Shown here: positions 15,001 through 30,000 of the stretch, in pieces
How the letters are laid out: every line of letters begins with the position of its first letter
Position numbering within the stretch: the first letter of the stretch is position 1
From: Eledone cirrhosa
Taxonomy: Eukaryota
Assembly (NCBI GenBank): GCA_964016885.1
Contig: OZ024741.1
Coordinates: forward strand, 3,596,001-3,660,000
Direction: 5' to 3'
DNA length: 64,000 bases
Notes under the pieces: model-generated
Database searches by the model: none
Seen by the model: only the letters and a program-made list of their open reading frames with translations
Told to the model about the DNA's origin: nothing
Position numbers and translations under genes: made by a program

Positions 15001-18000
15001 ACCCTATCACTGTAGTTCTACATCTAAGACCCTATCACTGTAGTTCTATATCTAAGTTAAGACCCTATCACTGTAGTTCTATATCTAAGTTAAGACCCTA
15101 TCACTGTAGTTCTACATCTAAGACCCTATCACTGTAGTTCTACATCTAAGTTAAGACCCTATCACTGTAGTTCTACATCTAAGACCCTATCACTGTAGTT
15201 CTACATCTAAGACACTATCACTGTAGTTCTATATCTAAGACCCTATCACAGTAGTTCTACAACTAAGTTAAGACAGTCACTGTAGTTCTACATATAAGTT
15301 AAGACCCTATCACTGTAGTTCTACATATAAGACCCTATCACTGTAGTTCTGTATCTAAGACCCTATCACTGTAGTTCTATATCTAAGACCCTATCACTGT
15401 ATTTCTATATCTAAGACCCTATCACTGTAGTTCTACATCTAAGACCCTATCACTGTATTTCTATATCTAAGACCCTATCACTGTAGTTCTATATCTAAGA
15501 CCCTATCACTGTAGCTCTACATCTAAGGCCCTATCACTGTAGTTCTACATCTAAGTTAAGACCCTATCACTGTAGTTTTACATCTAAGACCCTATCACTG
15601 TAGTTCTACATCTAAGGCCCTATCACTGTAGTTCTACATCTAAGTTAAGACCCTATCACTGTAGTTCTACATCTAAGTTAAGACCCTATCACTGTAGTTC
15701 TACATGTAAGACCCTATCACTGTAGTTCTACATTTAAGACCCTATCACTGTAGTTCTACATCTAAGGCCCTATCACTGTAGTTCTATATCTAAAACCCTA
15801 TCACAGTAATTCTACATCTAAGACCCTATCACTGTAGTTCTATATCTAAGACCCTATCACTGTAGTTCTACATCTAAGGCCCTATCACTATAGTTCTACA
15901 TCTAAGACCCTATCACTGTAGTTCTACATCTAAGACCCTATCACTGTAGTTCTACATCTAAGACCCTATCACTGTAGTTCTACATCTAAGGCCCTATCAC
16001 TGTAGTTCTATATCTAAGACCCTATCACTGAGGTTCTACATCTAAGGCCCTATCACTGTAGTTCTATATCTAAGACCCTATCACTGTAGTTCTACATCTA
16101 AGACCCTATCACTGTAGTTCTATATCTAAGACCCTATCACTGTAGTTCTACATCTAAGACCCATCACTGTAGTTCTAAATGTAAGACCCTATCTCTGTAG
16201 TTCTACATCTAAAACCCTATCACTATAGTTCTATATCTAAGACCCTACCACTGTAGTTCTACATCTAAGACCCTATCACTGTAGTTCTATATCTAAGACC
16301 TTATCACTGTAGTTCTATATCTAAGACTCTATCACTGTAGTTCTACATCTAAAACCCTATCACTATAGTTCTATATCTAAGACCCTACCACTATAGTTCT
16401 ACATCTAAGACCTTATCACTGTAGTTCTATATCTAAGACCCTATCACTGTAGTTCTACAACTAAAACCCTATCACTATAGTTCTATATCTAAGACCCTAC
16501 CACTGTAGTTCTACATCTAGGACCCTATCACTGTAGTTCTATATCTAAGACCTTATCACTGTAGTTCTATATCTAAGACCCTATCACTGTAGTTCTACAT
16601 CTAAAACCCTATCACTGTAGTTCTACATCTAAGACCCTGTCACTGTAGTTCTACATCTAAGACCTTTTCACTGTAGTTCTATATCTAAGACTCTATCACT
16701 GTAGTTCTATATCTAAGACTCTATCACTGTAGTTCTATATCTAAGACTCTATCACTGTAGTTCTACATCTAAGACCCTATCACTGTAGTTCTACATCTAA
16801 GTTAAGACCCTATCACTGTAGTTCTACATCTAAGACCCTATCACTGTAGTTCTACATCTAAGACCCTATCAATGTAGTTCTACATCTAAGGCCCTATCAC
16901 TGTAGTTCTACATCTAAGTTAAGACCCTATCACTGTAGTTCTACATCTAAGACCCTATCACTGTAGTTCTACATCTAAGGCCCTATCACTGTAGTTCTAC
17001 ATCTAAGTTAAGACCCTATCACTGTAGTTCTAAATCTAAGACCCTATCACTGTAGTTCTACATCTAAGACCCTATCACTGTAGTTCTATATCTAAAACCC
17101 TATCACAGTAGTTCTACATCTAAGTTAAGACAGTCACTGTAGTTCTACATATAAGTTAAGACCCTATCACTGTAGTTCTACATCTAAGACCCTATCACTG
17201 TAGTTCTACATCTAAGACCCTATCACTGTAGTTCTATATCTAAGACCCTATCACTGTAGCTCTACATCTAAGATCCTATCACTGTAGGTCTACATCTAAG
17301 ACCCTATCACTGTAGTTCTACATCTAAGACCCTATCACTGTAGTTCTACATCTAAGACACTATGACTGTAGTTCTATATCCAAGACCCTATCACTGTAGT
17401 TCTACATCTAAGACCCTATGACTGTAGTTCTATATCTAAGACCCTATCACTGTAGTTCTACATCTAAGGCCCTATCACCTGTAGTTCTATATCTAAGACC
17501 CTATCACTGTAGTTCTATATCTAAGACCCTATCACAGTAGTTCTACATCTAAGTTAAGACCCTATCACTGTAGTTCTACATCTAAGACCCTATCACTGTA
17601 GTTTTATATCCAAGACCCTATCACTGTAGTTCTACATCTAAGACCCTATCACTGTAGTTCTACATATAAGACCCTATCACTGTAGTTCTACATATAAGAC
17701 CCTATCACTGTAGTTCTACATATAAGACCCTATCACTGTAGTTCTACATCTAAGGCCCTATCACTGTAGTTCTATATCTAAGACCCTATCACTGTAGTTC
17801 TACATATAAGACCGTATCACTGTAGTTCTACATATAAGACCCTATCATTATAGTTCTACATCTAAGACCCTATCACTGTAGTTCTATATCTAAGACCGTA
17901 TCACAGTAGTTCTATATCTAAGACCCTATCACTGTAGTTCTACATATAAGGCCCTATCACTGTAGTTCTATATCTAAGACCCTATCACTGTAGTTCTACA

Positions 18001-21000
18001 TCTAAGACCCTATCAATGTAGTTCTACATCTAAGGCCCTATCACTGTAGTTCTATATCTAAATTAAGACCCTATCACTGTAGTTCTACATCTAAGACCCT
18101 ATCACTGTAGTTCTATATCTAAGACCCTATCACTGTAGTTCTATATCTAAGACCCTATCACTGTAGTTCTACATCTAAGACCCTATCACTGTAGTTCCAC
18201 ATCTAAGACCCTATCACTGTAATTCTACATATAAGACCCTATCACTGTAGTTCTAAATCTAAGACCCTATCACTGTAATTCTACATATAAGACCCTATCA
18301 CTGTAGTTCTATATCTAAGACCCTATCACTGTAGTTCTATATCTAAGACCCTATCACTGTAGTTCTACATCTAAGACCCTATCACTGTAGTTCTATATCT
18401 AAGACCCTATCACTGTAGTTCTATATTTAAGACCCTATCACTGTAGTTCTACATCTAAGACCCTATCACTGTAGTTCTACATCTAAGACCCTATCACTGT
18501 AATTCTACATATAAGACCCTATCACTGTAGTTCTACATCTAAGACCCTATCACTGTAATTCTACATATAAGACCCTATCACTGTAGTTCTATATCTAAGA
18601 CCCTATCACTGTAGTTCTATATCTAAGACCCTATCACTGTAGTTCTACATCTAAGACCCTATCAATGTAGTTCTACATCTAAGGCCCTATCACTGTAGTT
18701 CTACATCTAAGTTAAGACCCTATCACTGTAGTTTTACATCTAAGACCCTATCACTGTAGTTCTACATCTAAGGCCCTATCACTGTAGTTCTACATCTAAG
18801 TTAAGACCCTATCACTGTAGTTCTACATCTAAGTTAAGACCCTATCACTGTAGTTCTACATCTAAGACCCTATCACTGTAGTTCTACATTTAAGACCCTA
18901 TCACTGTAGTTCTACATCTAAGTTAAGACAGTCACTGTAGTTCTACATATAAGTTAAGACCCTATCACTGTAGTTCTACATCTAAGACCCTATCACTGTA
19001 GTTCTATATCTAAGACCCTATCACTGTAGTTCTACATCTAAGGCCCTATCACTGTAGTTCTATATCTAAGACCCTATCACAGTAGTTCTACATCTAAGAC
19101 CCTATCACTGTAGTTCTACATCTAAGACCCTATCACTGTAGTTCTACATCTAAGACCCTATCACTGTAGTTCTACATCTAAGGCCCTATCACTGTAGTTC
19201 TATATCTAAGACCCTATCACTGAGGTTCTACATCTAAGGCCCTATCACTGTAGTTCTATATCTAAGACCCTATCACTGTAGTTCTATATCTAAGACCCTA
19301 TCACAGTAGTTCTACATCTAAGTTAAGACCCTATCACTGTAGTTCTACATCTAAGACCCTATCACTGTAGTTTTATATCCAAGACCCTGTCACTGTAGTT
19401 CTACATCTAAGACCCTATCACTGTAGTTCTACATCTAAGACCCTATCACTGTAGTTCTACATCTAAGACCCTATCACTGTAGTTCTACATCTAAGACCCT
19501 ATCACTGTAGTTCTATATCTAAGTTAAGACCCTATCACTGTAGTTCTATATCTAAGTTAAGACCCTATCACTGTAGTTCTACATCTAAGACCCTATCACT
19601 GTAGTTCTACATCTAAGTTAAGACCCTATCCCTGTAGTTCTACATCTAAGACCCTATCACTGTAGTTCTACATCTAAGACCCTATCACTGTAGTTCTACA
19701 TCTAAGACCCTATCACTGTAGTTCTATATCTAAGTTAAGACCCTATCACTGTAGTTCTATATCTAAGTTAAGACCCTATCACTGTAGTTCTACATCTAAG
19801 ACCCTATCACTGTAGTTCTACATCTAAGTTAAGACCCTATCACTGTAGTTCTACATCTAAGACCCTATCACTGTAGTTCTACATCTAAGACACTATCACT
19901 GTAGTTCTATATCTAAGACCCTATCACAGTAGTTCTACAACTAAGTTAAGACAGTCACTGTAGTTCTACATATAAGTTAAGACCCTATCACTGTAGTTCT
20001 ACATATAAGACCCTATCACTGTAGTTCTGTATCTAAGACCCTATCACTGTAGTTCTATATCTAAGACCCTATCACTGTATTTCTATATCTAAGACCCTAT
20101 CACTGTAGTTCTACATCTAAGACCCTATCACTGTATTTCTATATCTAAGACCCTATCACTGTAGTTCTATATCTAAGACCCTATCACTGTAGCTCTACAT
20201 CTAAGGCCCTATCACTGTAGTTCTACATCTAAGAACCTATCACTGTAGTTCTACATCTAAGACACTATCACTGTAGTTCTATATCTAAGACCCTATCACT
20301 ATAATTCTACATCTAAGGCCCTATCACTGTAGTTCTACATCTAAGAACCTATCACTGTAGTTCTACATCTAAGACACTATGACTGTAGTTCTACATCTAA
20401 GACCCTATCACTGTAGTTCTACATCTAAGACCCTATCACTGTAGTTCTATATGTAAGACCCTATCACTGTAGTTCTACATCTAAGGCCCTATCACTGTAG
20501 TTCTATATCTAAGACCCTATCACTGTAGTTCTACATATAAGACCGTATCAATGTAGTTCTACATATAAGACCCTATCACTGTAGTTCTACATCTAAGACC
20601 CTATCACTGTAGTTCTATATCTAAGACCGTATCACAGTAGTTCTACATCTAAATTAAGACCCTATCACTGTAGTTCTACATCTAAGACCCTATCACTGTA
20701 GTTCTATATCTAAGACACTATCACTGTAGTTCTATATCTAAGACCCTATCACTGTAGTTCTACATCTAAGACCCTATCACTGTAATTCTACATATAAGAC
20801 CCTATCATTGTAGTTCTACATCTAAGACCCTATCACTGTAGTTCTACATATAAGGCCCTATCACTGTAGTTCTATATCTAAGACCCTATCACTGTAGTTC
20901 TACATCTAAGATCCTATCACTGTAGTTCTACATCTAAGACCCTATCACTGTAGGTCTACATATAAGACCCTATCACTATAGTTCAACATCTAAGACCCTA

Positions 21001-24000
21001 TCACTGTAGTTCTATATCTAAGACCCTATCACTGTAGGTCTACATATAAGACCCTATCACTGTAGTTCTATATCTAACACCCAATCACTGTAGTTCTACA
21101 TCTAAGACACTATCACTATAGTTCTACATATAAGGCCCTATCACTGTAGTTCTATATCTAAGACCCTATCACTGTAGTTCTACATCTAAGGCCCTATCAC
21201 TGTAGTTCTACATCTAAGACCCTATCACTGTAGTTCTATATCTAAGTTAAGACCCTATCACTGTAGTTCTATATCTAAGTTAAGACCCTATCACTATAGT
21301 TCTATATCTAAGTTAAGACCCTATCACTGTAGTTCTACATCTAAGACCCTATCACTGTATTTGTACATCTAAGACCCTATCACTGTAGTTCTACATCTAA
21401 GACCCTATCACTGTAGTTCTACATATAAGACCATATCACTGTAGTTCTATATCTAAGACCCTATCACAGTAGTTCTACATCTAAGACCCTATCACTGTAG
21501 TTCTATATCTAAGACACTATCACTGTAGTTCTACATCTAAGACCCTATCACTGTAGTTCAACATATAAGACCCTATCACTGTAGTTCTACATTTAAGACC
21601 CTATCACTGTAGTTCTACATCTAAGACCCTATCACTGTAGTTCTACATCTAAGACTCTATCACAGCAGTTCTACATCTAAGGCTCTATCACTGTAGTTCT
21701 ACATCTAAGACCCTAAGACCCTATCACTGTAGTTCTACATCTAAGGCCCTATCACTGTAGTTCTACATATAAGTTAAGACCCTACCACTGTAGTTCTATA
21801 TCTAAGACTCTATCACTGTAGTTCTACATCTAAGACCCTATCACTGTAGTTCTACATCTAAGACCCTATCACTGTAGTTCTACATCTAAGACCCTATCAC
21901 TGTAGTTCTACATCTAAGTTAAGACCCTATCACTGTAGTTCTATATCTTAGTTAAGACCTTATCACTCTAGTTCTATATCTAAGACCCTATCACTGTAGT
22001 TCTACATCTAACTTAAAACCCTGTCACTGTAGTTCTACATCTAAGTTAGGACCCTATCACTCTAGTTCTATATCTAAGACCCCATCACTGTAGTTCTACA
22101 TCTAAGAGCCTATCACTGTAGTTCTACATGTAAGTTAAGACCCTATCACTGTAGTTCTATATCTAAGTTAAGACCTTATCACTGTAGGTCTACATCTAAG
22201 ACCCTATCACTGTAGTTCTACATCTAAGACCCTATCACCGTAGTCCTACATCTAAGTTAAGACCCTATCACTATAGTTCTATATCTAAGACTCTATCACT
22301 GTGGTTCTACATCTAAGACCCTATCACTGTAGTTCTACATCTAAGACCCTATCACTGTAGTTCTACATCTAAGACCCTATCACTATAGTTCTATATCTAA
22401 GACTCTATCACTGTAGTTCTACATCTAAGACCCTATCACTGTAGTTTTACATCTAAGACCCTATCACTGTAGTTCTACATCTAAGACCCTATCACTGTAG
22501 TTCTACATCTAAGACCCTATCACTGTAGTTCTACATATAAGTTAAGACCCTATCACTATAGTTCTATATCTAAGACCCTATCACTGTAGTTCTACATCTA
22601 AGGCCCTATCACTGTAGTTCTACATCTAAGACCCTATCACTGTAGTTCTACATCTAAGACCCTATCACTGTAGTTCTACATCTAAGACCCTATCACTGTA
22701 GTTCTACATCTAAGACCCTATCACTGTAGTTCTACATCTAAGACCCTATCACTGTAGTTCTACATCTAAGACCCTATCACAGTAGTTCTACATCTAAGAC
22801 CCTATCACAGTAGTTCTATATCTAAGTTAAGACCCTATCATTGTAGTTCTACATCTAAAACCCTATCACTGTAGTTCTACATCTAAGACCCTATCACTGT
22901 AGTTCTACATCTAAAACCCTATCACTGTAGTTCTATATCTAAGTTAAGACCCTATCACTGTAGTTCTACATCTAAGACCCTATCACTGTAGTTCTACATC
23001 TAAGACCCTATCAATGTAGTTCTACATCTAAGACCCTATCACAGTAGTTCTATATCTAAGTTAAGACCCTATCACTGTAGTTCTACATCTAAGACCCTAT
23101 CACTGTAGTTCTACATCTAAGGCCCTATCACTGTAGTTCTACATCTAAGTTAAGACCTTATCACTGTAGTTCTACATCTAAGACCCTATCACTGTAGTTC
23201 TACATCTAAGTTAAGACCCTATCACTGTAATTCTAAATCTAAGACCCTATCACTGTAGTTCTACATCTAAGACCCTATCACTGTAGTTCTATATCTAAGA
23301 CCCTATCACAGTAGTTCTACATCTAAGTTAAGACAGTCACTGTAGTTCTACATATAAGTTAAGACCCTATCACTGTAATTCTAAATCTAAGACCCTATCA
23401 CTGTAGTTCTACATCTAAGACCCTATCACTGTAGTTCTATATCTAAGACTCTATCACTGTAGTTCTACATCTAAGACCCTATCACTGTAGTTCTATATCT
23501 AAGACCCTATCACTGTAGTTCTACATCTAAGGCCCTATCACTGTAGTTCTATATCTAAGACTCTATCACTGTAGTTCTACATCTAAGACCCTGTCACTGT
23601 GGTTCTACATCTAAGACCCTATCACTGTAGTTCTACATCTAAGACCCTATCACTGTAGTTCTACATCTAAGACCCTATCACTGTAGTTCTACATCTAAGA
23701 CCCTGTCACTGTAGTTCTACATCTAAGACCCTATCACTGTAGTTCTATATCTAAGACCCTATCACTGTAGTTCTACATCTAAGACCCTATCACTGTAGTT
23801 CTACATCTAAGACCCTATCACTGTAGTTCTACATCTAAGACCCTATCACTGTAGTTCTATATCTAAGTTAAGACCCTATCACTGTAGTTCTACATCTAAG
23901 GCCCTATCACTGTAGTTCTATATCTAAGACCCTATCACTGTAGTTCTATATCTAAGACCCTATCACTGTAGTTCTACATCTAAGACCCATCACTGTAGTT

Positions 24001-27000
24001 CTAAATGTAAGACCCTATCTCTGTAGTTCTACATCTAAAACCCTATCACTATAGTTCTATATCTAAGACCCTATCACTGTAGTTCTACATCTAAGACCCT
24101 ATCTCTATAGTTCTACATCTAAAACCCTATCACTATAGTTCTATATCTAAGACCCTACCACTGTAGTTCTACATCTAAGACCCTATCACTGTAGTTCTAT
24201 ATCTAAGACCTTATCACTGTAGTTCAATATCTAAGACTCTATCACTGTAGTTCTACATCTAAGACCCTGCCACTGTAGTTCAACATATAAGACCCTATCA
24301 CTGTAGTTCTACATCTAAGTTAAGACCCTATCACTGTAGTTCTACATCTAAGACCCTATCACTGTAGTTCTACATCTAAGACCCTATCACTGTAGTTCTA
24401 CATCTAAGTTAAGACCCTATCACTGTAGTTCTACATCTAAGACCCTATCACTGTAGTTCTACATCTAAGGCCCTATCACTGTAGTTCTACATCTAAGTTA
24501 AGACCCTATCACTGTAGTTCTACATCTAAGACACTATGACTGTAGTTCTACATCTAAGACCCTATCACTGTAGTTCTACATCTAAGACCCTATCACTGTA
24601 GTTCTATATCTAAGACCCTATCACTGTAGTTCTACATCTAAGGCCCTATCACTGTAGTTCTATATCTAAGACCCTATCACTGTAGTTCTACATATAAGAC
24701 CGTATCAATGTAGTTCTACATATAAGACCCTATCACTGTAGTTCTACATCTAAGACCCTATCACTGTAGTTCTATATCTAAGACCGTATCACAGTAGTTC
24801 TACATCTAAATTAAGACCCTATCACTGTAGTTCTACATCTAAGACCCTATCACTGTAGTTCTATATCTAAGACACTATCACTGTAGTTCTATATCTAAGA
24901 CCCTATCACTGTAGTTCTACATCTAAGACCCTATCACTGTAATTCTACATATAAGACCCTATCATTGTAGTTCTACATCTAAGACCCTATCACTGTAGTT
25001 CTACATATAAGGCCCTATCACTGTAGTTCTATATCTAAGACCCTATCACTGTAGTTCTACATCTAAGATCCTATCACTGTAGTTCTACATCTAAGACCCT
25101 ATCACTGTAGGTCTACATATAAGACCCTATCACTATAGTTCAACATCTAAGACCCTATCACTGTAGTTCTATATCTAAGACCCTATCACTGTAGGTCTAC
25201 ATATAAGACCCTATCACTGTAGTTCTATATCTAACACCCAATCACTGTAGTTCTACATCTAAGACACTATCACTATAGTTCTACATATAAGGCCCTATCA
25301 CTGTAGTTCTATATCTAAGACCCTATCACTGTAGTTCTACATCTAAGGCCCTATCACTGTAGTTCTACATCTAAGACCCTATCACTGTAGTTCTATATCT
25401 AAGTTAAGACCCTATCACTGTAGTTCTATATCTAAGTTAAGACCCTATCACTATAGTTCTATATCTAAGTTAAGACCCTATCACTGTAGTTCTACATCTA
25501 AGACCCTATCACTGTATTTGTACATCTAAGACCCTATCACTGTAGTTCTACATCTAAGACCCTATCACTGTAGTTCTACATCTAAGACCCTATCACTATA
25601 GTTCTATATCTAAGTTAAGACCCTATCACTGTAGTTCTACATCTAAGACCATATCACTGTAGTTCTATATCTAAGACCCTATCACAGTAGTTCTACATCT
25701 AAGACCCTATCACTGTAGTTCTATATCTAAGACACTATCACTGTAGTTCTACATCTAAGACCCTATCACTGTAGTTCAACATATAAGACCCTATCACTGT
25801 AGTTCTACATTTAAGACCCTATCACTGTAGTTCTACATCTAAGACCCTATCACTGTAGTTCTACATCTAAGACCCTATCACAGCAGTTCTACATCTAAGG
25901 CTCTATCACTGTAGTTCTACATCTAAGACCCTAAGACCCTATCACTGTAGTTCTACATCTAAGGCCCTATCACTGTAGTTCTACATATAAGTTAAGACCC
26001 TACCACTGTAGTTCTATATCTAAGACTCTATCACTGTAGTTCTACATCTAAGACCCTATCACTGTAGTTCTACATCTAAGACCCTATCACTGTAGTTCTA
26101 CATCTAAGACCCTATCACTGTAGTTCTACATCTAAGTTAAGACCCTATCACTGTAGTTCTATATCTTAGTTAAGACCTTATCACTCTAGTTCTATATCTA
26201 AGACCCTATCACTGTAGTTCTACATCTAACTTAAAACCCTGTCACTGTAGTTCTACATCTAAGTTAGGACCCTATCACTCTAGTTCTATATCTAAGACCC
26301 CATCACTGTAGTTCTACATCTAAGAGCCTATCACTGTAGTTCTACATGTAAGTTAAGACCCTATCACTGTAGTTCTATATCTAAGTTAAGACCTTATCAC
26401 TGTAGGTCTACATCTAAGACCCTATCACTGTAGTTCTACATCTAAGACCCTATCACCGTAGTTCTACATCTAAGTTAAGACCCTATCACTATAGTTCTAT
26501 ATCTAAGACTCTATCACTGTGGTTCTACATCTAAGACCCTATCACTGTAGTTCTACATCTAAGACCCTATCACTGTAGTTCTACATCTAAGACCCTATCA
26601 CTATAGTTCTATATCTAAGACTCTATCACTGTAGTTCTACATCTAAGACCCTATCACTGTAGTTTTACATCTAAGACCCTATCACTGTAGTTCTACATCT
26701 AAGACCCTATCACTGTAGTTCTACATCTAAGACCCTATCACTGTAGTTCTACATATAAGTTAAGACCCTATCACTATAGTTCTATATCTAAGACCCTATC
26801 ACTGTAGTTCTACATCTAAGGCCCTATCACTGTAGTTCTACATCTAAGACCCTATCACTGTAGTTCTACATCTAACACCCTATCACTGTAGTTCTACATC
26901 TAAGACCCTATCACTGTAGTTCTACATCTAAGACCCTATCACTGTAGTTCTACATCTAAGACCCTATCACTGTAGTTCTACATCTAAGACCCTATCACAG

Positions 27001-30000
27001 TAGTTCTACATCTAAGACCCTATCACAGTAGTTCTATATCTAAGTTAAGACCCTATCATTGTAGTTCTACATCTAAAACCCTATCACTGTAGTTCTACAT
27101 CTAAGACCCTATCACTGTAGTTCTACATCTAAAACCCTATCACTGTAGTTCTATATCTAAGTTAAGACCCTATCACTGTAGTTCTACATCTAAGACCCTA
27201 TCACTGTAGTTCTACATCTAAGACCCTATCAATGTAGTTCTACATCTAAGACCCTATCACAGTAGTTCTATATCTAAGTTAAGACCCTATCACTGTAGTT
27301 CTACATCTAAGACCCTATCACTGTAGTTCTACATCTAAGGCCCTATCACTGTAGTTCTACATCTAAGTTAAGACCTTATCACTGTAGTTCTACATCTAAG
27401 ACCCTATCACTGTAGTTCTACATCTAAGTTAAGACCCTATCACTGTAATTCTAAATCTAAGACCCTATCACTGTAGTTCTACATCTAAGACCCTATCACT
27501 GTAGTTCTATATCTAAGACCCTATCACAGTAGTTCTACATCTAAGTTAAGACAGTCACTGTAGTTCTACATATAAGTTAAGACCCTATCACTGTAATTCT
27601 AAATCTAAGACCCTATCACTGTAGTTCTACATCTAAGACCCTATCACTGTAGTTCTATATCTAAGACCCTATCACTGTAGTTCTACATCTAAGACCCTAT
27701 CACTGTAGTTCTATATCTAAGACCCTATCACTGTAGTTCTACATCTAAGGCCCTATCACTGTAGTTCTATATCTAAGACTCTATCACTGTAGTTCTACAT
27801 CTAAGACCCTGTCACTGTGGTTCTACATCTAAGACCCTATCACTGTAGTTCTACATCTAAGACCCTATCACTGTAGTTCTACATCTAAGACCCTATCACT
27901 GTAGTTCTACATCTAAGACCCTGTCACTGTAGTTCTACATCTAAGACCCTATCACTGTAGTTCTATATCTAAGACCCTATCACTGTAGTTCTACATCTAA
28001 GACCCTATCACTGTAGTTCTACATCTAAGACCCTATCACTGTAGTTCTACATCTAAGACCCTATCACTGTAGTTCTATATCTAAGTTAAGACCCTATCAC
28101 TGTAGTTCTACATCTAAGGCCCTATCACTGTAGTTCTATATCTAAGACCCTATCACTGTAGTTCTATATCTAAGACCCTATCACTGTAGTTCTACATCTA
28201 AGACCCATCACTGTAGTTCTAAATGTAAGACCCTATCTCTGTAGTTCTACATCTAAAACACTATCACTATAGTTCTATATCTAAGACCCTATCACTGTAG
28301 TTCTACATCTAAGACCCTATCTCTATAGTTCTACATCTAAAACCCTATCACTATAGTTCTATATCTAAGACCCTACCACTGTAGTTCTACATCTAAGACC
28401 CTATCACTGTAGTTCTATATCTAAGACCTTATCACTGTAGTTCTATATCTAAGACTCTATCACTGTAGTTCTACATCTAAGACCCTGCCACTGTAGTTCA
28501 ACATATAAGACCCTATCACTGTAGTTCTACATCTAAGTTAAGACCCTATCACTGTAGTTCTACATCTAAGACCCTATCACTGTAGTTCTACATCTAAGAC
28601 CCTATCACTGTAGTTCTACATCTAAGTTAAGACCCTATCACTGTAGTTCTACATCTAAGACCCTATCACTGTAGTTCTACATCTAAGGCCCTATCACTGT
28701 AGTTCTACATCTAAGTTAAGACCCTATCACTGTAGTTCTACATCTAAGACCCTATCACTGTAGTTCTACATCTAAGGCCCTATCACTGTAGTTCTACATC
28801 TAAGTTAAGACCCTATCACTGTAGTTCTAAATCTAAGACCCTATCACTGTAGTTCTATATCTAAGACCTTATCACTGTAGTTCTATATCTAAGACCCTAT
28901 CACTGTAGTTCTACATCTAAAACCCTATCACTGTAGTTCTACATCTAAGACCCTGTCACTGTAGTTCTACATCTAAGACCTTTTCACTGTAGTTCTATAT
29001 CTAAGACTCTATCACTGTAGTTCTATATCTAAGACTCTATCACTGTAGTTCTACATCTAAGACCCTATCACTGTAGTTCTACATCTAAGTTAAGACCCTA
29101 TCACTGTAGTTCTACATCTAAGACCCTATCACTGTAGTTCTACATCTAAGACCCTATCAATGTAGTTCTACATCTAAGGCCCTATCACTGTAGTTCTACA
29201 TCTAAGTTAAGACCCTATCACTGTAGTTCTACATCTAAGACCCTATCACTGTAGTTCTACATCTAAGGCCCTATCACTGTAGTTCTACATCTAAGTTAAG
29301 ACCCTATCACTGTAGTTCTAAATCTAAGACCCTATCACTGTAGTTCTACATCTAAGACCCTATCACTGTAGTTCTATATCTAAAACCCTATCACAGTAGT
29401 TCTACATCTTAGTTAAGACAGTCACTGTAGTTCTACATATAAGTTAAGACCCTATCACTGTAGTTCTACATCTAAGACCCTATCACTGTAGTTCTATATA
29501 TAAGACCCTATCACTGTAGCTCTACATCTAAGGACCTATCACTGTAGTTCTACATCTAAGACCCTATCACTGTAGTTCTATATCTAAGACCCTATCACTG
29601 TAGCTCTACATCTAAGATCCTATCACTGTAGGTCTACATCTAAGACCCTATCACTGTAGTTCTACATCTAAGACCCTATCACTGTAGTTCTACATCTAAG
29701 ACACTATGACTGTAGTTCTATATCCAAGACCCTATCACTGTAGTTCTACATCTAAGACCCTATGACTGTAGTTCTATATCTAAGACCCTATCACTGTAGT
29801 TCTACATCTAAGGCCCTATCACCTGTAGTTCTATATCTAAGACCCTATCACTGTAGTTCTATATCTAAGACCCTATCACAGTAGTTCTACATCTAAGTTA
29901 AGACCCTATCACTGTAGTTCTACATCTAAGACCCTATCACTGTAGTTTTATATCCAAGACCCTATCACTGTAGTTCTACATCTAAGACCCTATCACTGTA